Source: Saccostrea echinata
Taxonomy: Eukaryota
Direction: 5' to 3'
Length of the DNA stretch: 64,000 nt
Assembly (NCBI RefSeq): GCF_033153115.1
Contig: NW_026889764.1
Location: 930,001-994,000 of the forward strand
Every line of letters starts with the position of its first letter. Position 1 is the first letter of the stretch. Below are positions 40,440 through 51,722 of this stretch, piece by piece. A model generated the notes under the pieces. The model ran no database searches. It was not told the origin of the DNA and saw only the letters and a program-made list of their open reading frames with translations. Made by a program: the position numbers and the translations under genes.

Positions 40440-42330
40440 AAATATTTCAGACATTGAAATCTTCATTTAGCATTTAACTCCATGTACTATTGTGTCTGTG
40501 ATAATAATGTTTTAAATCATGGGTTGATTGAGTTTTTGTCTATCATCAGAAGAGTTCCATTCGAATTTCCCACTTTGCCAACTTTAGTTAAATGTGAAAT
40601 ATTGAGATCAAGTGAAGTTTTATTAACTTTTTGTGACAAAAAACTGTTATTTTGTGCAATGTTTGAAGGACACAATATCAGACTGACAAATTATTAAACA
40701 TTCAAAAACAAAACAATCATTTAGGAAGAAGTGAGAAAAGTGTTATAATTAGGAAGAACTAAAGGACCATAACAAACGGCCCCAAAGGCGATTGTAAAAG
40801 TGTCGCTAAAATATACCCAAAATACTTAGGTACACAATTGACTTTACATCGGAAATAATTGATCAAAAGATTTTTTGAAATGTTTTTAATGTAACATTAT
40901 GTAATGCTATATAATTCTGAAAAACCTATGTTTTATAGGCAGCTGTCGGCTGGCTTGCGCCAAGACAGTCACGCTGGACAGTGCTCTCGTCCACTATATG
41001 GCAGAGCCTGTGCACATTGTTAATCAAATTGTTATCGTATGTATTTGGAGTTCAGCATCATAATTCCACACTGTTTCGATGCACAGTTTAGACGGTTATA
41101 AATACATGGGCCACAAATCCAATCAAAAATTGGATCCACCCATGTGCACCCATGTCGCTGAGTGGCTATATTAAAATATTTCGGTCAAACCGTTTAGTCT
41201 AAGGAGAAACTTCGAGAATTCCAAATATTCACAAATTTGAAAAGTGGAACGTCCTGACTTTGTGAATCTAAATCCAGAGGTAAAAATTTTCATTGATAAT
41301 TACGTGTTTATGTGTCTATTCACAAATTAAAAGTAAGAGAACAACACTGTTTTCCTATGGATAAAATTGACCTACACTCAAGCAATAGAATATGCCTTTA
41401 ATTAACAGTGAAAAAAATAAACAACCACATTGAAAGATACGATAAAGCTCATAAAAATATTTACGTCACCGATATTTAGGTTACCGTGTTTTAAAGTTAA
41501 TTAGAATTTAAAAATCGAAAGCTTTTTGAACAAATTTGCGGGTAAAACTTAATTATTTAAAAACAGAGAAATACATTGTTTCCTACACTGGCATTTTTTC
41601 TTTCTGCAACAAAAGTGTACAGATGCAAATGGAAGTGCAAATATGAAAAAAAAATATATATTTTTTGCATCTGTATGATTTGAAAATTGAATTGACATAA
41701 AAGCATTCTCCAGTAGGATTATGGTCTAAAAACCGGATGTTTCCATTTTGAGCAATTTGTTTACTTTGTACAATTTTAAGAGCAAAGTTTTTACGTAACA
41801 ATTCGTAAGGTCAATATTGTTTGTGCTAAATTATTTGCATTATTTGTATTTTGTTGCTTGTTTGATCTGATAGTGTATCGTCCATGGTTATACACTCAAA
41901 TTTAAATTTTAAAAAAATTATATATTATACTAAATATTTATAATATAAGAAGGCAAATTTTACATCTTATTATGCCCGGTAAATTTTTACATAAAAAAGA
42001 CAATTTAATTTGAATTGTTATTAAACAAACTGTTCGTTAATGAAATTGCATATTTTTCAGAAAGAATTGGTAAAATTATATGATTGTGTTATTCAACGCC
42101 TATAAATGTTAATCATCGATAAATGATTTTTTTTTATTAATCCAGATTCGCTAATTAAAAATATGCTTCTTGAAAAGGGTTGACTTCAGGCTTATTTAGG
42201 ATACCATAATCAATATTTACAATATTAAGGGTTTAAGCATTGACTTATACATACAGAAAGAGTTAAGCTCCAGACAGCTCAGTACTATTAGAACTCCATA
42301 TTGTATAGACGTAGGAAATGTAGTCCCGCA

Positions 42331-43182
42331 TATGGCATGTCAAATGTTGCAATATTCGATCTTTTCCATTTGTATTGTATAATTTTCTATTTGTATTGTA
42401 TAATTTTCCATTTGTATTGTAAAAGTTTCCATTTGTATTCTATAATTTTTCATTTGTATTCTATAATTTTCCATTTGTATTCTATAATTTTTCATTTGCA
42501 TTGTAAAATTTTTATTTGTATTCTATATTTTTCATTTGTATTCAATAATTCTTCATTTGTATTGTATAATTTTTTATTTGTATTGTATAATTTTTTATTT
42601 GCATTGTATAATCTTTATTTGTATTGTATAATTTTCAATTTGTATTCTTTAATTTTTCCTTTGTATTGTATAATTTTTATTTATATTGTATAATTTTCCA
42701 TTTGTATTGTATAATTTTCCATTTGTATTGTATAATTTCTCATTTGTATTGTAAAATTATAGAATACAACTGGAAATTTATAGAATACAAATGGAAAATT
42801 ATACAATACAAATGGAAAATTATAGAATACAAATGGAAAATTATAGAATACAAATAAAAATTATACAATACAAATGAAAAATTATACAACATAAATGAAA
42901 AATTATTGAATACAAATGGAAAATTATACAATGCAAATAAAAATTATACAATACAAATGAAAAAATATACAATACAAATGAAATATTATAGAATACAAAT
43001 AAAAATTTTACAATACAAATGAAAAATTATAGAATACAAATGGAAAATTAAAGAATACAAATAAACATTATACAATACAAATGGAAAATTATAGAATATA
43101 AATGGAGAATTATAGAATATAAATGGAAAATTATACAATACAAATGGAAAAGATCGAATATTGCAACGTTTGACATGCCATA
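42331..43182. mobile_element. Foldback non-autonomous DNA transposon made of inverted 20-21-bp minisatellite arrays (IS3EU-type ends)
   Basis: TIR TATGGCATGTCAAA(T/C)GTTGCAATATTCGATCTTTTCCATTTG, 6-bp TSD CCCGCA (42325-42330, 43183-43188), unit ~TTTTCCATTTGTATTGTATAA flipping orientation near 42755. Confidence 0.88.
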
Positions 43183-43291
43183 CCCGCAGTACTGGTACTG
43201 TGTTTAGGGGGGGGGGGGGGGGGCTACTACGTCGGGTTTAAAAAAAGAAGTATCCTCATGTTGGATGCAAAGAAACGGATGAAACTTGAAT

Positions 43292-43328
43292 CAGGGACCT
43301 ATATACTAATATAGTATATAGGTCCCTG
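43292..43328. mobile_element. 37-bp hairpin mini-element with 7-bp TSD
   Basis: CTTGAAT|CAGGGACCTATATACTA-ATA-TAGTATATAGGTCCCTG|CTTGAAT. Confidence 0.8.
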
Positions 43329-43899
43329 CTTGAATCCATCCCTTTTTTATTGCTTGCAAGGTATACGTATATATGATTATCAACCTAATATTTCTCATTA
43401 AAATTGTTGCTTAGGCATAGAAGGCATGTGGCTATGTTTTTCAGGTAATTAATATCTAATTTACGTTAATATGTTGATTTTTTCAAATGTTTTATACTGC
43501 TTGTGAAAGCGTTATCGAAAAACTCACAAACAAAACCTTTGTGAGTTTTCCGATAAAGCTTTTTTGTTTGTTATCTATGTGCGATATTTACGTTACATTT
43601 AACATACTCTTTGTAATTAGGTAATGATGAAATGTTTTACATTCTTATCTTTAAGATAATGTGCGTTTCTTTGACCTGATAAATATTGAATAAAATAGTA
43701 AAGCTTTTTGAGAATAATATTTTTTTTAGCTTAATACCAGATTTGAAATTCTTGTTAAGATAAAAACAAAATAATTTCTTTTAAATTAAAATTATGTCTG
43801 TTTTGTTTTTACTATTAATCGAATTAAAGACTCCATTAAGTTATGTGCAGATAGTCATTATATGGTAAATGGTTTTCTATATTTTAAATGTATTGATTT

Positions 43900-44760
43900 A
43901 CATAAGTAAGATTGGAGGGTTTAATTATTAACAAGGTGTTGGTAAATGAGACATTTTGGTGATTTACATAAATCTGACAGCGTTTTAGATATATTCATCA
44001 CACATTCCCTGATACTCTTATACAGTTCTGCTGTATGAAAGGTGTACTTTTTCTACATCCTTGGCTTTATACCATCCCCATATCAGATGCAAAACTCAGC
44101 ACACGACTAATATAAACCTTAAACATTACAATATTAAAATTAAAAATTTTCAGTCTATTACACTTTACATGGTTTTTCTTCTCTGTGATGCAAAATGTTT
44201 GAAAATATACCATTAAAATTAAACAAATTCATTAACTATTTCTACAGCATTCCCAGCATAGGTCCTATGTTCATTATCTATAATACTTTCGTTGTTTCTA
44301 CAAACTAACTTTAAGTTTTCTCAACATTTACAGTTAAACGCATTCTTCTGTATAAGAATGTAATGAATCTAAAATACATGTATTTTGTAAACCATCTGGT
44401 GTTTCTGACATTAATACTGTATCATCAGCATACATAAGTAAAAATAAATTAGTCATTTGCAATTTTATTGCTGGACAATTAGTAGATATAAAATGGCGCT
44501 CAAAATCATTATCGTACATTGAAAACAATAATGCTGACAAAATTTCCCCCTGCTAATACACCAACTGAAATAGTGAAATATTATGATAATGTTCCATGAT
44601 GTTTTATACAAGCTTTCACATTCTGATAAAGTGATTTAAATTTTCCATTTATATCATGTAACTTTTAAAGCTTCACCCATAGACTAGTTGATATAATTAA
44701 AAGCCTTTTTATAGTCAACAAAACAACAATACAATCTTTATCTTTTTCTAACCATCTTAT
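43900..44760 (-). mobile_element. Decayed LINE RT fragment
   Basis: Minus-strand motifs LYCCFVDYKKAF, QGEILSALLFS, LLMYADDTVL..ETPDGLQ. Confidence 0.78.
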
Positions 44761-47183
44761 TAGCCCCGATTTTTAACATCTTCTTAGCCCGGATTTTTCA
44801 ATTCGCGACATTTTATTATGAATTCTGTCGAAGATGCAGCCAGATGTTTGGCTGCATATAAAGGGCAAAATCTGAACTCTGTCAGAATGGATTAAATGTT
44901 TTAGAAATACATGTATATTAAAGAATCGTGTTACAAAGTTAAAAAGGCAATACACAAACCATCTATCCTTCCGTTTTCACTCGGAGAGTGATAAATGAAT
45001 TAGAAAAACTACATGAACAATATGTTATGGTTCCAGCAGACAAGGCTTGTATGAAAATAACAAGGTTAAAAGATCAGAAGACAACAAACCATTGTTAAAT
45101 GATAGTTGTAAGGTTAAGTATTCAGATTGCAAGTCAGTATTACGTCAATTTAAGAGGGTCGACCCTCTGATGAGAGAGAAAACTTTCCAGTAAAAAAATC
45201 TAATATTACTCATAGTTCACTTTACCAGAGTTAACTCTTATTGACTACTCAAAGGTCTCAATTATTAAACTCTGGTAAAGTAAACTATGAATAATATTAG
45301 GATATATAATATTATGCTTCAATCATTCTTGCCAGAGAGGTATATCGTCGCGTTTGTATACTCGTATTTATCTTTATAATATTTATCAAGCTTTCTAACA
45401 AACACAAGTCTACAAATTTTGAACATAACCACAATAACCCTAACTTTAGCAGCTCACGGTTAAACTGAGTTCATCGATTGTTCTCTGAAAAGTAAATAAA
45501 ATGAAGCAACTGTGGTCGAAAATTATGCCGAATGATGCAAAGAAAACGTTGTTGCACCACATTTACATGTACGTACATGTATTACTGTACGATTTCACAT
45601 GACGTACAAGTGAGTGTTTGTGAGTTCATGATTGAGTGGTATTGAGTAATAAACTTCCCTTTTAATTTCTTCCTTGATAGATTTTGTCTGTTTATATGAT
45701 TTTTTTTTTCAGTTTTTTTTTTCCTTTGTCAACATCACTTTTATGAGGACTGGGATTATGAAGATTTTTGTGCATGTCATACTTGTTTTTGTCTATTTAC
45801 ATGACGTCAACGATATGAACCTTATAACTGGGTACGTTTATTCGTGCATTTTGTTTCAGCAGAAAGTGAAGTTCATTATTACCGGCTTTGTATATACATT
45901 CAACAGTTTTCACAATTTTTTTTTCTGTGTGGCCTCATTTATATTCATATTCATAGTTGTTTCCTTTTACATTGATTAGCTCTTTATAAAAACTTGCACC
46001 TTATGTGTCATGCAATGCAACATTAACATGAATTAAAATGATTTAAATAAGATGATATCATGGTGAAAAGACGGTGAGAAAATGAATTTTTAAAGAATGA
46101 TTAACAAGTTTAAATAGAATGTAATTTATCAAGCACACGTTATGCAAACTATGGCATAGTGCAATGCAAAGTATATACATGTAATATATTTAACATTTTA
46201 GCAATATGGATACAAATTTAACGTGACTCAAGTTGAAAAATGCCCAATGAGTAAAGAGGAATGGGACGCTGCGTGGACCAGACTGAAATGTAACGAAACA
46301 CATGGATACCACTGTGTTCCAGACAAAAACATGACATCCCTGATAGAGTTCTGCTACATACGTGGAAGCAAACTTCCATTTGAGAAAGGTTTAATGAAAC
46401 TTTTCTTGTGCATAACAATTATACTTTAGTAGAAAATATGAAAAATGTAATTCAATTTCAAATACATCATAAAATGGGTCAAGAAATTCTTAAAAGCAAA
46501 TATGCATTCCACATACAGAAGATCATGAATCCCCCTTCATTGACTGCTTTACTTTTAATTAACTTGAGATCAGGGTGATATCCACTCTCAATCATCTTCT
46601 TGCAATATTAAGAGTTAAATGTAGTCTGCTCTGTATGTATTCTTCCTCTGGTTTATTATAAGTATTTGCAAACCTTCTCACTCAGTCTCACGTGTCCAAT
46701 CCCTTTGCTTACCTTTTTGTGCTGACAGGGAATTGTCTTGAATTGGCGGCGGATGGCATACTTAACCATTATCCCTGTGAGAATTCATTTCCCTGTGGAT
46801 GCCCAGATAGATTCTTCTTCAGTAATGAAATATATAAATGTAAGTCGTTTTCAGTACTTCTTCTTTACTGAAGTGCTAAAGGTTTTGCTTTCTCATTGCT
46901 TAATGCCAATCGTTTTACAAAATGCAAATACATAGCACACAAGTTATATGTTACTGGATTGTTTTGAGAGACATTCTTTTTAATATCAAAAACAATTTTG
47001 ATTATTTTTGCAAACCTTCATATTGTAAGTAATAGAAAATTAAAAGTTGCATTCCTAGGAATAAAAAGTTTTCAGGACTGTTCATATAACGCACCTAAAT
47101 TCTTCTTTTATTTCTAGATCCTAAATGTCTACAAATCAATCAAGAACTTGGTTGTTTCCATGCTGATATTCAATGCTTTATTT

Positions 47184-48453
47184 GGGTGAATTAAAAAAAA
47201 TGACCAAATGCATATTTATCAACCCACACTAAAAATACATGCAATGAAAATAGATTTCTATGTCTCAGCATATGTCTTTAGATAGTGTCTAAATACCTGC
47301 CAAATATCTCATTGATATCTCAATTAACAAAAAAGTTATGCCCAAAAATAATGCTAAAATTGTCAGGAGTGCAACACCTTTTTGTGTCATTTTGAAATTT
47401 CAATATTTTTTGTGACATTTTGAAATTTCAATATTTTTTGGAGATCTGTGAAATAAAAAATAATGCTTCATGTTGAAGACTTTCCTGATAATACTCAAAG
47501 TATTGAGCTTTAAATGTGGACTGTCATAACTTTTGTTTAATCAAGTTGTGGCCATGGCTGATGTTTAAAAAAATGTTGTACCATGTCAGGAGTGCAACAG
47601 AAAAAATTTAGTGTTGCCGAAAAAACATCAATTGTAAAATTCGGGTAGGAAATTAAGACAAAAAAGAATTTTGGAAGTGTAAAATAATAACTGATATACA
47701 TTTTAAAACTTAAAAATGTTATATAAATCACAAGCAGCATTAATGAGAGTCAAGTATATGTGCATACCCAAAAATGTCAGGAGTGCAACATTTGATGTTA
47801 TGCTCCCAAGCATGAAAAAACTATTATCATTATATCATTTTCTGATTTATATTTTGGAAAATAAAGACACAAAGAACATTTTTACCAAATAGATTTATCA
47901 ATTACAGGATCTGTCTGTGCTTCAGATCCATATTTCTATGGTCAGGAGTGCAACACATTTTTTTAAAGATTCAAGTTGTGTGACGAAAAAACTTCTATTA
48001 ATGCTTAGAAGTATTCATTAATTAATAATGATCTTTTTGTATAATTTAAAGCTAAATTATTGACAGTTTTATTATTGAAATCCTTCCTTTTTTCAAGTTT
48101 ATGAATTCAGATGTGTTTTTTATCTTTTTTGTGATTTTTTTAATGAACGTTAAAAATAAACACACTAAAACATTGTAATAAAATTCAAGTAATTCCTCCT
48201 CACCTTCACTGAAACAACAGAACAAGTTCTTATGCAATTTTCACTTCACAATTCTACTTTAAAAGCCCCAATGCCTTTGGTCAGGAGTGCAACAAATATG
48301 TTAGAATTATAAATCATCCAATACGAATAAAAATAACGAAAAAATGATGAGTAGAATTTTTCTGGTGGGTTACTGTGTTTGTCTTCTAAAGGAAAATATG
48401 CTTTAAAATATATTTTATCTTCTAAATATAATTTAAGCTAGTTTTTTGTTGTT

Positions 48454-48499
<46 letters not shown>

Positions 48500-49568
48500 A
48501 TAAAATAGGGTATAGTTCCAGATAAAATGCGAATTTTAAATACTTTCATCTGTTTTAATTATGAAGTATTGGACTATAAATATTGCACAATTTCATTACC
48601 ACTTGATGTTTCCAACACTTTATGAATGTTTGTGTTCTATGGTTTTAATTTTAAACTTTACTGCAGTCAGGAGTGCAACAAAACTGCTTCATAATTACCG
48701 ATGGTTTTTAACTATCTTTACTAAAAAATAAATTGAAAGAAATGCTTGATACTATTTGATGTTCAAAACACTATGTCTATCAACAAATTACAGAAATTTT
48801 ACAGTCAATTCAGGGAATAGATTTCATCATTTCACATATATTTTAAATACAATTCATATATACTACACTTTGCAAATAATCATGTTTTAAGAAAAACCTG
48901 CTGTAAACGATGAAAAATATCAACACTACAAATTGATTTACAAAGTAAGAATGGGTTATTGTGTGTTATAATTTTTAAAACAATATTAAATAAAATACAT
49001 ATCAGATGTCAGGAGTGCAACACAAAAATGTAACATAGGGTCACTTCAAAATCTAGTATTTTTGGTAAGAGAACTCGTATATAACAATTCTTTTTTTGGC
49101 TTAGATTTAAAGAATTGACTTGAACGGACAAAACAGTGAATTTTGGGGAATTTTATTGCTTCATATTTTTTTCATCTTAAAACTTTTCAAACCAGAATTG
49201 AAAAAATAATGTAAAATAACAATCAAAAAGCCAATTTTTGTCACATGTACAAGAGAAGATACTCATTCAAGGTCTAGATTTAATCATTTATACCCCTTTT
49301 ACCATTTTGAAGCATAAAAAAACTATAATTTCTTGTGATTATGTATTTTAGAAAGTCTTTTAAGGTGTAATGATATTTTCTTTTTTCAAAAGAAATTTTA
49401 CTAATAAAAATTCTGAAACTTTTTAATCCAATTGTCTATTCTATTGCCACTTCAGGATTTTAAACTAGAATGCATTTGCAATATGATGATATAGGTGAAA
49501 AATATGTTATAAGTAGTTGAATTTTGCCAAAAAAATTCAGTTTGATGGTCATTTTTTTTAATTCACCC
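47184..49568. mobile_element. 2385-bp non-autonomous TIR transposon with 4-bp ATTT TSD (Sola-like signature) inserted in exon 4 of copy 3
   Basis: ATTT|GGGTGAATTAAAAAAAATGACCA ... TGGTCATTTTTTTTAATTCACCC|ATTT. Excision restores a 70-nt exon, the same length as copy 2 exon 4, ending TCA AG|GTATGT. Confidence 0.92.
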
Positions 49569-49865
49569 ATTTCAAGGTATGTGTTCTTTTAAGAGCCGGT
49601 CTCTTTAACTTTAACTCTAATATATTGGCTGGACACAGCATCATAGTCTAAGAATTTCTCCAAACTTTCTATGAGTAAAGTCTTTGTTGCCATAAACTTA
49701 TATCAGGCAAAAATTGGTTGTTATGTGTTGTGGTTTCCACTGAACATTTTCCTTCTTGGTAACCAAATCAATAGTATTCTTTTCCTCATCAAACCAACAA
49801 TATCAATATATGACATTCAATTTTCATTCTAGCTGATAGTACACTTTAAAGTGAGGTAGATAATC

Positions 49866-49869
<4 letters not shown>

Positions 49870-49920
<51 letters not shown>
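49870..49920. repeat. (CT)n microsatellite
   Basis: Directly visible. Confidence 0.95.
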
Positions 49921-49922
<2 letters not shown>

Positions 49923-50592
49923 ATAGAATGTTGCTGTTATAACCTTTTTACACCAGACCTAGCATTTCTATTGTTTTTCCTGCGTTGTTGATTGAGTTTT
50001 AGCCTGTAACACCTATCAATTGTGAATACAGAGTGTTTTTCGTCTTTAAAATGTATGCCAAATGTATCCATGGCTACCACTTGGACTACATTCTACAATA
50101 TTCTAATTAATTTCCTTACACCGTAAGTTACTATGAAGTGTAATATTTTGTGAGAGGGATTAATTTGGTTTTCTTAGTCTTTATTAAGGCTCAATAAAAA
50201 TTCAAAAGTACCTGATCTCAATTTTTCACATTTTCCCGGCTGTTACCATGACAATCAAGAAACATAGCAACCAAATTTTATCTGATTTATTTTTTGGTTT
50301 CAAGCTATAACAGAGAGCAATGTTTCATCTCAATAAGTGACCATTCGTGCCAAAAAAAACTTAAGTGGTTAAGAGTATATAGCTCTTAATTTTCAAGAAT
50401 CATGGGAAAATGCATACCAAGTACATGTACTAGTAATTACAAACAAGTCTCTACTAATTTTATTTTTCTTTCAAGTTTTAACAAAAATTTAAAAGAAGTT
50501 ATCTTCTTAAACACAAATAGACAGGCAATTGCCAAAAGTATATGTCTAAATTAAAAGAACAAGCAAGACTTCTTTTTTTCTGTTGTTGTTTT

Positions 50593-50637
<45 letters not shown>

Positions 50638-50864
50638 TACATGTATTTTATTTTTATCTTTAAAGAGCTTTAAACCAAACGGCAAATCTCAAGATTGATG
50701 ATGCAAAGATTTTCAATATATCTACCAAGTGCCACGATACTAAAATTCAATGTGTCGTGTCAAAGTAGGTGTCATATATTTTGTATGTATGTGTATACAA
50801 TAGCCTATCTATACATTTAGGTACTGTTTTACATATTCAAAATTATCCATTTTTCAAACAGAAC

Positions 50865-50867
<3 letters not shown>

Positions 50868-50944
<77 letters not shown>
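50868..50944. repeat. (TA)n microsatellite
   Basis: Directly visible. Confidence 0.95.
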
Positions 50945-50947
<3 letters not shown>

Positions 50948-51589
50948 AATTCAACCTAAGATCTACTTTTTTATTGAATGCCTCTGCTCTATTGAACATA
51001 AACTTATCAGATACTTTTACCTTTTTTTTTTCGAGCAATGAACATTCCATTTTTGTATTCGTGAGCTTCGTTATTGCAACACAAAAATTAAATACTAGAT
51101 CAATATTTCTTTTTCGAAATACCAAACATGATGTCAATATGCCTATTCATTAGAACTGTTTGGAAGAAATGCATAGAAGCAAGTACTATTACATATGTAC
51201 AAATATTATTATATTGCAGACTTTCGTTCCACATAACATTCGTATCTGAAACCAACAAAAGCATCCAATATATAACTCCGAAAATGATGACACCTGGAAG
51301 ATCATCTCTATAGTTATGATTTTAGTACTTGCAGTAATATTTGGCCTCGTCGTTTATGTGTCTTATCGGATACACAGAAAGTTTATTCAAATTACAGGTA
51401 TGTCTAACGATCCTTGTACAAACTTTTCATTTCTGATTTTTTTAGAGTCTTTGCGCAAAAATGTTTTGAAGTAATAGATATGAGTGATTATCCAGTTTCA
51501 TGGATTTGCGCATTTCGCTGATTTCAATTTGTATAGGAAAGGGGAGACAAATAATCACGTGTCCGCACGTTGGTTATCACCTCATAACC

Positions 51590-51722
51590 CCCATAAATAG
51601 ACACTATACCCTTAAATACTCTTTAATCCCTCAAATAGACACTATACCCTGAAATAGACACTTATCCCTCAAATAGACACTATACCCTTAAACAGACACT
51701 TATGCCTCAAATAGACACTATC
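51590..51722. repeat. Short minisatellite (AAATAGACACTATACCCT-type units)
   Basis: About 7 imperfect 19-21-bp units. Confidence 0.75.

Noticed and set aside
42301-42931. Repetitive ORFs (HLYCIIF)n and (KIIEYKW)n
   Set aside because: Translations of the 21-bp minisatellite in the foldback element.
45855-45880. ISRE/NF-kB-like motifs near the receptor genes
   Set aside because: Short degenerate matches (e.g. GAAAGTGAAG) are expected by chance in AT-rich DNA, and transcription start sites are unknown.
47362-49022. CRISPR-like array (identical repeats with unique spacers)
   Set aside because: Repeat is only 15 bp and non-palindromic, spacers are 150-370 bp and irregular, there are no cas genes, and it sits inside a eukaryotic TIR transposon.
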